Assembly (NCBI RefSeq): GCF_963676685.1
Contig: NC_092351.1
Span: forward strand, 80,786,001-80,850,000
From: Mytilus edulis
Lineage: Eukaryota
Reading direction: 5' to 3'
DNA: 64,000 nucleotides
The translations under genes and the position numbers were made by a program. Of the stretch, positions 13,023-25,768 are shown piece by piece; positions within the stretch are counted from its first letter, which is position 1; each line of letters starts with the position of its first letter. Below the pieces are notes generated by a model. That model was not told the DNA's origin and made no database searches. It worked only from the letters and a program-made list of their open reading frames with translations.

Positions 13023-14250
13023 TTAAAGAAATGTATCCGGTTGAAATTACTTTAAATAAAGATAATACTAACAACGACCACTGCCTTTTCCTTTATTTTG
13101 AAATCATTAACGGAAAGCTAAATACAAAAAAAATATGATAAAAGAGATGATTTTTTATTTCCAATCGCTAATTATCCATTTTTAGATGGTGATGTCCCTT
13201 GTCACCATCTTATGGTGTTTATATATCTCAACTTTTACGATTCGCTAGTGTATGTAACAACGTTTCAGTTTTTGGCGAGAGAAATTTATTTATTACTGAA
13301 ATATTATTAAACCAGGGTTTTAGATATCACAAACCAGTCAAAACATTTACTAAATTTTATCAACGGTACAAGGACATCATTATTAAATATAGCTCAACAT
13401 GCAGACATCTTATACGTTCAGGTATTTCACATCCAATCTTTTATGGTAATATGCTTTACAAAGCACAAAAATGTCAGTATTCCCCTCAAAAGCTAACAAA
13501 ACCTTTAAACAAACTTATCAAGAAGGGATATAGTTACGATACTGTTGTCAGGTTATTGAAGATTGCATATTTTGGCTTTAATATTGATTCACTTATTGGG
13601 TCTTTGCATCGGAATTACAAATATTTATTCTAAAACCAGTTGTTTGCATGACATGTGTTATGTTCTTCTCATATATTTCATGATGCTGTAATACTAAATT
13701 CCCTAACAGGAGGGATTTTTTTTACTGATATTCATATGATGAAGACATAATCTCTAAATCAGTTTAATTGAGGTCGGGAGCTGGCATGTCAATAACTGCT
13801 AGTAGTCTATTGTTATGTATCATGTTTATGTATTAACGTTTTATTGTCATTTTGTTTATTGTCTTTTGTTACGTCTTCTGACATCGGACTCAAACTTCTT
13901 TTGAACTAAATTTTACTGTACGTATTGTTATGCGTTTACTTTTCTACATGCATTAGAGGAATAGGGGGAGGGTTGAGATCTCAAAAAATATGTTTACCCC
14001 CTCCACATTTTTGCGCCTGTCCTAAGCCAGGAGCATCTGGCCTTTGTTAGTTTGTAGGATTTTAAATTTAAGCTTCTTGTGTAAAATTCAGAGTTTAGAA
14101 TGACGTCAATTATCACTGAACTAGTATAAACATTTGTTTAGGGCCAGCTGGAGGACGCCTCCGGTTGCGAGAGTTTCTCGCTGCATTGAAGACCTATTGG
14201 TGATCTTCAGCTTTTGTCTGTTCTATGGTCGAGTTGTTGTCTTTTTGACA
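13023..14250 (+). mobile_element. Penelope-like retroelement remnant (RT C-terminus and 3' region), cut by the KolobokP insertion
   Basis: KEMYP..YDKRDDF.FPI.NYPFLDGDVP.SPSYGVYISQLLRFA, with frameshifts. The right boundary is approximate. Confidence 0.7.
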
Positions 14251-15615
14251 AATTCCCCTATTCAAATATACATCATTCATAGTCATGCATTTAACATTGC
14301 AGTGTCATCTGTAACAGTGAAGTGGCCGTTAAAACTCTTCAGCTAGAATTCGTTTGTTTTTGCATCCCTTGCAATAGCAAGCAGACAATGAGGCGGGTTA
14401 TAATGATAAATCTCTCCAGCAATTGCTTGAGGCTAAACAAATATAGAACATGTGGACAGGTACAGATCTTGGATAGTTTTGGATATTGTTCGATTTGCTT
14501 CCAGTTTTCGAGGAGCAGGTGTGATAACTTATCAAGTCAGCGCCATCATCGGGACCTTTTTGTCTTTGTATTGTACACGTTCATCTCGGCTGAAGTTGTC
14601 CGCACGAGAGAAACCGTTATCAATAACATTGAGAACGGAAATGGGGAATGTTCAAAGAGACAACAACCCGACCAATGAAAAAAAAACAAGCTGATGGCCA
14701 TCATAGTGTCTTCAAATTAAGCAGCGAGAAAATCCAACATCCGGACTCGAGCTTCATCTGGCCTCTAAACATAAATGAACGTAATACTAAACTCCGTAAT
14801 ATATAGAAGAACTTGAATTAGAAATCATTGCTTGAAGGCTAACAAAGAATAGAGGCTCCTGAATTGGGAAAGGCGCAACAAGGTTATGTCTTTTTTTTTC
14901 TAATTTCTTGTAGACGCCTTTTTGTAGCATCATTGGTGGTGCAAATCCGTTTTATTTTAAAAATAAATTGAAAGCCTAGTCCGATAGATACATGTAAGAT
15001 TCCGCTTATGATATAATTATAAATATATTGATACGAAGTAATAAAGATGTCACACGTACAATATCAAGAAATACATAACTTGCATAGTCAATTATATTAA
15101 CAAAATATGTTGCATAATTAGCTTTCATATTTGAATCTATAAAAGTAATATATTAATATCATACTGAAATAATATACTAATAAAGAAATGAAATTCCATA
15201 GTTTCTGTTAACCATACTCTACATATATCTCAAACGAAACATATTTATATTTATGATAAGAAATCATAGTGAAATTATGTGAAAGAAATGTCCTATCAAT
15301 GCCAGAAAATTTTATTGTATTAAATGGAAGGAACACAGCTTGAGAGGTACATGTATGTGGTCTGTACCATCTATAAACTTAGCCAATACCTTCATCATGA
15401 ATTCGTTCGCTTAAACACACTTACCTACTTTGAAGATTGAATATTTATCGTATGTTAAAGCTATACCAAACCAATTACAAACACGTTTTTCAAGATCTCA
15501 ATATTAACAAATTTGAGTGTAAAACACCAGATTCATTATTCACAAATAATTCAACTGGCCTCGTTCCTAATATTGACCTAAATATTTATCAAAGGTACCA
15601 GGATTATAATTTAGT

Positions 15616-15659
15616 ACGCCAGACGCGCGTTTCGTCTACATAAGACTCATCAGTGACGC
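15616..15659 (-). ncRNA. Type I hammerhead ribozyme
   Basis: GCGUCA CUGAUGA GUCU-uaugu-AGAC GAAA CGCGCG UC^UGGCGU: intact core, stems I and II, palindromic minimal stem III. Confidence 0.9.
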
Positions 15660-15970
15660 TCATATCAAAATATTTATAAAGCCAAACAAGTACAAAGTTG
15701 AAGAGCATTGAAAATCCAAAATTCCCCAAAGTTGTGCCAAATACAGCTGAGGTAATCTATGACTGGGATCAGAAAATCCTTAGTATTTCGAAAAATTCAA
15801 AGTTTTGTAAACGAGAAATTTATAAAAATGACCACAATATTGATATTCATGTCAACACCGAAGTGTTGACTACTCGGCTGGTGATACACTCGGGAACGAA
15901 ACGTCCACCAGCAGTGGTATCGAACCAGTGGTGTAAATAGTTATCAAAGGTACCAGGATTATAATTTAGT

Positions 15971-16014
15971 ACGCCAGACGCGCGTTTCGTCTACATAAGA
16001 CTCATCAGTGACGC
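15971..16014 (-). ncRNA. Type I hammerhead ribozyme
   Basis: Identical to 15616-15659. Confidence 0.9.
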
Positions 16015-18609
16015 TCATATCAAAATATTTTTAAAGCCAAACAAGTACAAAGTTGAAGAGCATTGAAAATCCAAAATTCCCAAAAGTTGTGCCAAATACA
16101 GCTAAGGTAATCTATTCCTGGGATCAGAAAATCCTTATTATTTCGAAAAATTCAAAGTTTTGTAAACAAGAAATTTATAAAAATGACCACAATATTGATA
16201 TTCATGTCAACACCGAAGTGTTGACTACTGGGCTGGTGATACCCTCGGGGATGAAACGTCCACCAGCAGTGGCATCGGCCAAGTGGTGTAAGTAGTTATC
16301 AAAGGTACCAGGATTATAATTTAGTACGCTAAACATTGTCAATAAAACTTCTCGGCGAAATGTGTTATATGAAGGCCGAAATTCATCAATTTGAAACACC
16401 AAAAATAGTATTATAATAAGGATAATGTCATGCTATTAGCTAAAAGAAAAATAAAGGTGACACATGCTCAGAATAATTTAAATCTGTGAGGTCGTTGGTG
16501 TAAATCAGAATTTAATCTATCTATAAATACACATCCTAGCCGATCTTTAATTATACCGCATAGTCAGTAATCAAAAGCTCCGGAATGACAATGTGAAAAC
16601 AATTCAAACGAGAAAACTAACGGCCTAATTTATGTACAAAAAATGAACGAAATACAAATATGTCACACATAACCAAACGACAACCACTTACAGGCTCCTG
16701 ACTAGGGACATGCACGTACATATGTAATGTGGTGGGGTTGAATATGTATGCGGGATTCGTTTGTTCTTTATTGATATATAGTTCAGCTGGCCATGTCATT
16801 AATTGTGACCTAAATTTTGTCAATAAAACTTCTCGTTGAAATATGTTATATGAGGGCCGAATTCCATCAATTTGAAACACAACAAATACGAATAGAATAA
16901 GTTCACGATAATGCCTTGCAATCAGTTAAAGGAAAAGTAAACGTTGACATTCTGTCAGAATATTCTAAATCTTTGAGGTCATTTGTGTAAATCAGAACGT
17001 TATCAATCTATAACAAATACACATCCTCGCCGATTTTGAAATACATCAAATGTGGCTACGGTGATGACTGCTAAATCAAAAATACTATTCCTTATTCTGG
17101 AACGTTACTTTAAGCTTTGTAAATAAGTGACATATAAAAAGCAGATAATGTAATATGCCATATACATGTATATATACGTCTATAAACCAGAAAATTGAAG
17201 ATGTACTGGAACGTATTGAAAATAAGGAACAAAATATTATAATAATATATATGTGCATATTATTTATATTTTGCAGTGTTTTTTGAAAAATACATGTGAA
17301 ATTTTGCTGATGAAATCATAATTTATATATTGATGACGAAATAAGAAAGATGTTACACAAACAACATCAAGAAATTCATAATTTGCATAATCAATTATAT
17401 TAACAAAGAAAAACAGTGCTGTATAATTAGCTAATATCACCAAAGTACCTTATGTTTGCCCTTATAAGTTGCATTTATAGGGCTGTGCGGCATATTTTCA
17501 ACGTTTATATGCCCTGAACTTTTCAGAGTTTAAACTTACACTATTTTTTTTAACTACCCCTACCTCGAATGAAGGGTTACCTCAGATTTCAATGTAAAAA
17601 ATATGCACATGTATATTTACTGGTAACATTCCCAAATTATGTCTCTATGAGATTGAACACAGAGAGCATAACTTGGAACCAGTATGTAAACAAAATTAAT
17701 TTTCTATGAATATTCTAAATCTCCCCAAAAGAAGCGTGGTTTGAGAAAAAACAGCTGTTTTTACAAAGTGAAACCTGTATTTGAATCTATCAAAGTATTA
17801 TATCAATATCCTGCTAATACAAAAATGAAATTCCACAGTTTCTGTAACCCATTCTATACATACTCTATATATACAGCAAACGAAACATATTTATATTAAT
17901 GATAAGATATATTGAAATTATGTTATTGAAATGTCCCATCAATGCCAGAACAAGTTATTGCATTAAACATGAATGGAAAACAGCCTGGGAAGTCTATGTC
18001 TTCCAATTTGATTTTTTTATTTTCTGATTCTGAAAAAGACGAATGTCAGGCAAACTTGATGATTGCTTTGTCAAGTATAGTATTCCTTTTCCTGATGTAG
18101 GTAATCAAAACTTTGCAAATAAATGGCATAGTATATGCAGATTATTTAATATGCCTTATACATGACAAATGTTGTGTATGCTGCAATTAGATCCCTCTAC
18201 AACGATTTTTTTAGATGCACACGTATACGTTTTGCGGTTTTTATCCAACGCAATCATAGGTTTGAACGTTGTTTTCAATTTAAAGTTGTATTATATATAT
18301 GAATAATTCGTAAACGTGCGCAAAGTTAAACACAAATACAATTAAGATTTGTAAAATATGGATACCTTATATTCTGAATTACTAAATTCTATTTCACAAA
18401 ATTTACCATAGCGTGAAATATTTTCTCTGTTTCACCTTTGAAAGGTATAAAAATGTTGATGTCGTTAACGTCTATTGTTGTGGACTTTGAAGGCCCATTT
18501 AAATTGTGATATACATGTAGTTTAATAACATTTTACTTTTTTAATGGAGAAAATATAATATTGTAATTTTTACATTTTTTTTTTTAATCCTTATAATATA
18601 TTTTATTCG

Positions 18610-18757
18610 TCTCAATATCAACCCAACAATAGTAGATCAGCAAATTTGCGGAAAAGATTTATTGTTCTTCTCTGGCCTTGACTTGAACTCACGCCACTGA
18701 GATATTATGGCACCGAATCGCCCTTCTCTATGCACAACGCGCTAAACCACTCGACTA
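18610..18757 (-). mobile_element. Degenerate tRNA-derived SINE head
   Basis: A-box-like TAGTCGAGTGG and B-box-like GAGTTCAAGTC on the minus strand. Confidence 0.45.
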
Positions 18758-18894
18758 TCTAAGCTTTATACAATTAATAAAGCTCTCATCATTTTTTGTC
18801 TAGCGTGTTAGCAAAGAAAATGATATATTAAGCATGAAGATGGAATTCATACACCTCAGCTGAACTATCAATCGCTAAGGATTTTACAAATTGA

Positions 18895-19185
18895 TATAGA
18901 CAATTACAATCAAAACCAAGGAGTAAACAAAGACTCACAAAAAACCAAAGGACATTTTCATCAACAGTTATAAATAAGAAATAAGAAACAACACGAACTG
19001 CACTAAAATCCGGGAGTAAAATCAGGTGCTCCAGAAGGGTAAGCATTTCCTGCACCGTATACGACACTCGTCGTGTTATTTCTGTGTTCAGTTCGGTATT
19101 GATGGAAGTTTATTATGACTGAAGAAGGATATCCAATATGATTTTTGACACACTTTTGTCATAATGGCCAATCAGCTCATGATGG
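18895..19185 (-). mobile_element. 3' remnant of a Penelope-like element (same family as 41850-42605)
   Basis: Colinear similarity with 40545-40604 plus 41850-42082. Confidence 0.65.
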
Positions 19186-22100
19186 ATGCAGTTACATAAA
19201 TAATTATATTATGAGGACGTCTGAACCAGTGACTACTCTACGACAGATTTTAGACATCAGATCACCAGTGATGGTAATACAAGGCTGAATACACATTCTA
19301 TATATACATCATTGTCGTAATACCAAACCAGATGTACCGGATCGTCTAGAATAGGCGATACTACGCAGATAAGGACAATTTATATAATAATAACTAATAA
19401 AATATATAAATTCATATTATCTATATTTCTAGTGTACTTTGAAAGTTACATGTAAAATTCCACTGATTCGATCATATTTAACATATTGGTGACTAAGTAA
19501 GAAAGATGTTACTCGTACATCATCAAGAAATTCATAACTTGAAAAATCAATTATATTAACAATGGAAAACAAGGACTGTCACTATTCATTTTTGCATAAT
19601 TAGCTAGCAAAGTATCTTTAATTTGCTATTATAACTGAATATGATATCAGAGTACCTTATCAACACGATAATAACATAACATACAAATAAATAAATGAAA
19701 ACCATACTCTACACATGTATCAGATATTTTTTTAGAAATGGTTAAATGTATTAAACAAATGATTACAACTTTTGTGAACCATCTGTCATATCAATGATTG
19801 AGTACGTTATTCTGTTTCACTGTTTTTCTCATATTAATAGTTTAATCACTATATTTGATTGGTTGAGACTATCCAAAATATCATCTAACACACATTTCCC
19901 TCTGAGCATTGTATCCCCTTTTGACATGTCGGGACTACACCATGCGACGTTTCGCTCGGTTTTTGACACACTTTTGTCATAATGGCCAATCAGCTCATGA
20001 TGGATGCAGTTACATAAATAATTATATTATGAGGACGTCTGAACCAGTGACTACTCTACGACAGATTTTAGACATCAGATCACCAGTGATGGTAATACAA
20101 GGCTGAATACACATTCTATATATACATCATTGTCGTAATACCAAACCAGATGTACCGGATCGTCTAGAATAGACGATACTACGCAGATAAGGACAATTAA
20201 TATAATAATAACTAATAAAATATATAAATTCATATTATCTATATTTCTAGTGTACTTTGAAAGTTACATGTAAAATTCCACTGATTCGATTATATTTAAC
20301 ATATGGATGACTAAGTAAGAAAGATGTTACTCGTACATCATCAAGAAATTCATAACTTGAAAAATCAATTATATTAACAATGAAAAAACAAGGACTGTCA
20401 CTATTCATTTTTGCATAATTAGCTAGCAAAGTATCTTTAATTTGCTATTATAACTGAATATGATAGAGTACCTTATCAATACGATAATAACATAACATAC
20501 AAATAAATAAATGAAAACCATACTCTACACATGTATGAGATATTTTTTTAGAAATGGTTAAATGTATTAAGAGGCTGTCCAAGTAAATATCAGGCAAATC
20601 CTATATTATGGGTGGCACAACATAATTTTTTTCCCACTGAATTTTTGGTTCAAATGCAATGTTTATATCATACAAAGGATATATATGTCAAAGATATTTC
20701 TGAATCAACAGTGGATGGCTCAGAAAATGATTTTAAAGTTCACTATCAATGCAACAAAATTTTGTACAAAATGAAGAGTTATCTCCCCTTTTCAATGAAT
20801 TTTCAGTGCTTTCTATGTATTTTTTTCTCTTTATTTGTTGCAGTTAATAAACAAACAAAATTTAATTTTGAGAAAGAATGAATTTGTGATATGAAATAGA
20901 TGAAAAAAAATTAAAAACAAAATATGTCATGTGCCATCCACTGCCTGGTTTTTCCATGGACACCCTCTTAAACAAATGATTACAACTTTTGTGAACCAAC
21001 TGTCATATCAATGATGGAGTACGTTATTCTGTTTCACTGTTTTTCTCATATTAATAGTTTAATCACTATATTTGATTGGTTGAGACTATCCAAAATATCA
21101 TCTAACACACATTTCCCTCTGAGCATTGTATCCCCTTTTGACATGTCGGGACTACACCATGCGACGTTTCGCTCGGTTTTTGACACACTTTTGTCATAAT
21201 GGCCAATCAGCTCATGATGGATGCAGTTACATGAATAATTATATTATGAGGACGTGTGAACCAGTGACTACTCTACGACAGATTTTAGACATCAGATCAC
21301 CAGTGATGGTAATACACGGCTGAATACACATTCTATATATACATCATTGTCGTAATACCAAACCAGATGTACCGGATCGTCTAGAATAGACGATACTACG
21401 CAGATAAGGACAATTAATATAATAATAACTAATAAAATATATAAATTCATATTATCTATATTTCTAGTGTACTTTGAAAGTTACATGTAAAATTCCACTG
21501 ATTCGATCATATTTAACATATTGGTGACTAAGTAAGAAAGATGTTACTCGTACATCATCAAGAAATTCATAACTTGAAAAATCAATTATATTAACAATGG
21601 AAAACAAGGACTGTCACTATTCATTTTTGCATAATTAGCTAGCAAAGTATCTTTAATTTGCTATTATAACTGAATATGATATCAGAGTACCTTATCAACA
21701 CGATAATAACATAACATACAAATAAATAAATGAAAACCATACTCTACACATGTATGAGATATTTTTTTAGAAATGGTTAAATGTATTAAACAAATGATTA
21801 CAACTTTTGTGAACCAACTGTCATATCAATGATGGAGTACGTTATTCTGTTTCACTGTTTTTCTCATATTAATAGTTTAATCACTATATTTGATTGGTTT
21901 AGACTATCCAAAATATCATCTAACACACATTTCCCTCTGAGCATTGTATCCCCTTTTGACATGTCGGGACTACACCATGCGACGTTTCGCTCGGTTTTTG
22001 ACACACTTTTGTCATAATGGCCAATCAGCTCATGATGGATGCAGTTACATAAATAATTATATTATGAGGACGTCTGAACCAGTGACTACTCTACGACATA

Positions 22101-22820
22101 TTTTAGTCATCAGATCACCAGTGATGGTAATACAAGGCTGAATACACATTTTTTATATACATCATTGTCGTAATACCAAACCAGATGTACCGGATCGTCT
22201 AGAATAGACGATACTACGCAGATAAGGACAATTAATATAATAATAACTAATAAAATATATAAATTCATATTATCTATATTTCTAGTGTACTTTGAAAGTA
22301 ACATGTAAAATTCCGCTGATTCGATCATATTTAACATATTGATGACTAAGTAAGAAAGATGTTACTCGTACATCATCAAGAACTTCATAACTTGAAAAAT
22401 CAATTATATTAATAATGGAAAACAAGGACTGTCACTATTCATTTTTGCATAATTAGCTAGTATGGCCAAAGTATCTTTAATTTGCTATTATAACTGAATA
22501 TGATATCAGAGTACCTTATCAATACGATAATAACATAACATACAAATAAATAAATGAAAACCATACTCTACACATGTATCAGATATTTTTTTAGAAATGG
22601 TTAAATGTATTAAACAAATGATTACAACTTTTGTGAACCAACTGTCATATCAATGATGGAGTACGTTATTCTGTTTCACTGTTTTTCTCATATTAATAGT
22701 TTAATCACTATATTTGATTGGTTGAGACAATCCAAAATATCATCTAACACACATTTCCCTCTGAGCATTGTAACCCCTTTTGACATGTCGGGACTACACC
22801 ATGCGACGTTTCGCTCGGTT
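19142..22820. repeat. Four-copy tandem duplication of an 818-bp unit
   Basis: Units start at about 19142, 19960, 21177 and 21995 and are near-identical. Copy 2 carries an insertion. Confidence 0.95.
20571..20967. mobile_element. Kolobok-type MITE, 397 bp, TTAA TSD
   Basis: TTAA|GAGGCTGTCCAAG...CATGGACACCCTC|TTAA, ~26-bp imperfect TIR. Sister units show the empty site ATGTATTAAACAAATG. Confidence 0.9.
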
Positions 22821-24931
22821 AATGTACATACCGCTTAAAAGTGTTTTTGATAGCGATAGCAAACAACATTATCAAGTTGAAATTAATATCAAACGTTAAA
22901 CATGTTAAAACAAACGGGGAAGTATAATTAACTTATGATAAGTACTGTTAATCAATGTGTGAGTCGTGTTAAGTGATAAAAACAAACGGATAAAATAGTA
23001 TAGGCACACTTACATATTATGTTTTAAGGGAGTAAACGAAACATAGGCAGTAAAATGAAGCATTAATTTCCTTTGGATTCTGGAGATATGAAGATTTGTC
23101 ATCTCGAAAAATTATGTTTCCCTCGGACACAGCCGTCGTGAAATATGAATATTATTTGGAGAACAAATCTTCATATTTTAAGCGCGGGAAGTTCATGTAT
23201 TACATTGACCAAGAAAGTACGGAACATAGCATCATACAACTTTGGCACATTTTTACTTAACTTACAGAACTCTGTACTTAATTATCCCGCCATTTTGTTA
23301 TTGTTCTATAATTTTTTTGTGTATTCTTTTCTTTCATGTTTGACTTTATACCTTTATGTGTTTCCTTGATACATACGACGTGGCTCTGTATTTATACATC
23401 CCGTCATTATGTTACTGTTTTATGATAAGTTTTCGATTCTTGCTTCTCACTTTTGCTGATGTTTTCTTATCGATATGCCTTTTTGTGTTTCTTTGATACA
23501 CATGGCGTGACTCTGTACCTATACACCCTGTCATTATGATATTGTTCAATGGTAAACATCTGTATTCCTGTCTTTCATTTCTGCTGATGTGTTTTGTACA
23601 TATGTCTCTTTGTTATTCTTTGAAACATAAATTATTTTATAACTGTTAATAGTGATAAAAATTATAACATAATGTTGACTGCTTTATCCCTATGTTCACC
23701 TATTATGTCTATTTGTTTTGTTCACGACAAAGTGTTGCCAACATAAGAGCAATGTAATTTCTAAAATCATTAAATAGATTCTGAGGAAAGATCTTCTTAT
23801 ACAGTGTGTAAGAAGATATTAAGTGCTGTTGATGGTCCATTTGATTGTATTGCAAGTTTTCAGCTGTTTTTACAACTCTACCACACAATCTTATCAAACG
23901 AAAAGTTTTATTATTTAATTAAATAATCTTTTGGTAAGGGACGACATTAAAAGTTCAATGTAGGATAAGAAAAAAACTTAATTTATATAGCATGTCAAAT
24001 GTGTACGGGTTGACAATTTAGTCTAAGATGCATGATTTTAGTCAATCCTGTGATTTTTGTCGCAGAGCACTCACCATAGAGATAGTGATCTGGCGGGCGG
24101 ATTTGGCTATTTTTAAAGCTTTATAGTATAGAAGTGGAAGACCTGTATTTTGCATACAATGCATATATATGCTTAAGTTTACGAAGTTGACATTGTCATT
24201 TATCTGCTGTTCAGAGACTACTTAAACGAAAAGTTGATACGTTTTTGTAATATAAACATATTTTATATCATGAGTTATAGGACAACTATATTTGGCATGT
24301 GCATTCCTTACAAGGTCTTCGTGCCCGTCAGACAGTGTTCACTTGACATCGCCCTGATTTCGTTGATCAGTGAACACTGTTAGACGTTTTAATGGTCAAC
24401 TCCATATCACAGATATTATAAACGAAAGGTTTAGTTTATTTAGTGTATGGTATGATGGTAAGGTGTACATGTCTACCGGGCAGGAGTTATCTGACCATAA
24501 CCTTATGTTCAAGGTTCAATTGTCGAAGTTAAGTTTTGAGTTTAAATCTTTTTCATATACTGTATGCATTATAAAGTCTGCTATATTTGGTGTAGGGACA
24601 TATTTTATGATTTCCATGTTAGTCGAGCATGTTTTATTTGACTTTTATCTCATTTTCACAGATCATTTCTCAGTGTTAAGTTTGTGTGTGTTTGTTTAAA
24701 CTATAGAATAAGCAATAGGTCAGCTATATTTTTATATGGATGGAATTTAAGCTGAACATATCTGTCTGTCAAGGCTCATCTGACTCTGACCTCATTTTCA
24801 AGGTTTATTTGTCAATGTTTAGTTTTCTTTGTTAAATATGTTTCGTAGCAACTATATGCCATATGTCAACCCTATTAAGTGCAATTAATGTGTGTAAGGT
24901 GTACATGTTTTTTTTTCTTGTTTGGTTGTTA

Positions 24932-25230
24932 GTAAATAAACTCAACCTAGATACCAGGACTAAATTTTGTATATACGCCAGACGCGCGTTTCGTCTACAA
25001 AAGACTCATCAGTGACGCTCGAATAAAAACAAAGTTAAAAAGGACAAGTAAAGTACGAAGTTGAAGAGCATTGAGGACCAAAATTCCTAAACGTTTTGTC
25101 AAATCCAGTGTAGGTAATCTATGCCTGAGGTAAAAAAGTCTAAGTATTTCAAAAATTCGAAATTTTGTAAACAGATAATTTATAAATATAACTATATCAA
25201 TGATAATTCATATGTCAGCACAAAAAGTGG
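24932..25230 (-). mobile_element. Retrozyme monomer (variant subfamily) with an intact hammerhead at 24975-25018
   Basis: CUGAUGA GUCU-uuugu-AGAC GAAA CGCGCG UC UGGCGU; body similar to the 355-bp unit. Confidence 0.8.
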
Positions 25231-25723
25231 ACCATGGCCTCATTTTGTCTGGATCATGTTTAGTCTATATTATAGTCGTAGTAAAGCTTTATATTAAAAG
25301 GACTAGCAATACCATATCAATTGCTAGTAAAGGAGACAAGATATTGTAGCGTGTGCAATCTTGTTTTGTTAGTTTTTGGCATTGCGCTAGTTGTTAGTTA
25401 CTGAGAGTACTCTCAAATCTGTTCTTAGTGTATTTTATGCGGTTCGGATGTCAAAGTTCCTGTCCACGTCTACGTTTCGTGTTGTTAGATGTATTTCTAT
25501 TTGTATTCATTTGATGGTTTTTGTAATGGTGTACTGTTGCACTAATGTCATAGGGGGAGATTGGTACATTTAAACTAGTTTAAGCCTGTCACATTTTGTA
25601 TGAGCCCGTCTATAACACTTAGTTTAGTGGTTGAAAGGGTCATAGGCAAGACAAAGGGTTAGAATCATGATAACATGTTTACTCCCGCTTCATTTTGTAT
25701 GTGCCTGTCCAAATTCTGGACTA

Positions 25724-25768
25724 TGTAAATAGTTATCAACGGTACCAGGATTATAATTTAGTACGCCA
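25724..25768 (-). mobile_element. 45-bp retrozyme fragment ending at the ribozyme cleavage site
   Basis: TGTAAATAGTTATCAACGGTACCAGGATTATAATTTAGTACGCCA, then unrelated sequence. Confidence 0.7.

Larger units (their letters stand above)
643..13026. mobile_element. KolobokP-type composite-like DNA transposon array: [internal end]-LTDR-I1-I2-I3-I4(deleted)-LTDR-TTAA
   Basis: Two ~459-bp direct repeats with their own TIRs. Internal ~3.6-kb units carry a convergent DDE transposase and His-Me nuclease. The right end is followed by TTAA. This architecture matches the described KolobokP lineage. Confidence 0.85.
15579..16331 (-). mobile_element. Non-LTR retrozyme, two 355-bp monomers plus ~43 bp
   Basis: 355-bp tandem period, one hammerhead per monomer. 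Confidence 0.85.

Noticed and set aside
15698-16295. Two 80-aa ORFs (MKSIENPK...)
   Set aside because: Chance frames in the non-coding retrozyme, not preserved in other copies
19794-22838. Repeated 62-65-aa ORFs in the 818-bp array
   Set aside because: No motif, and one crosses the unit junction
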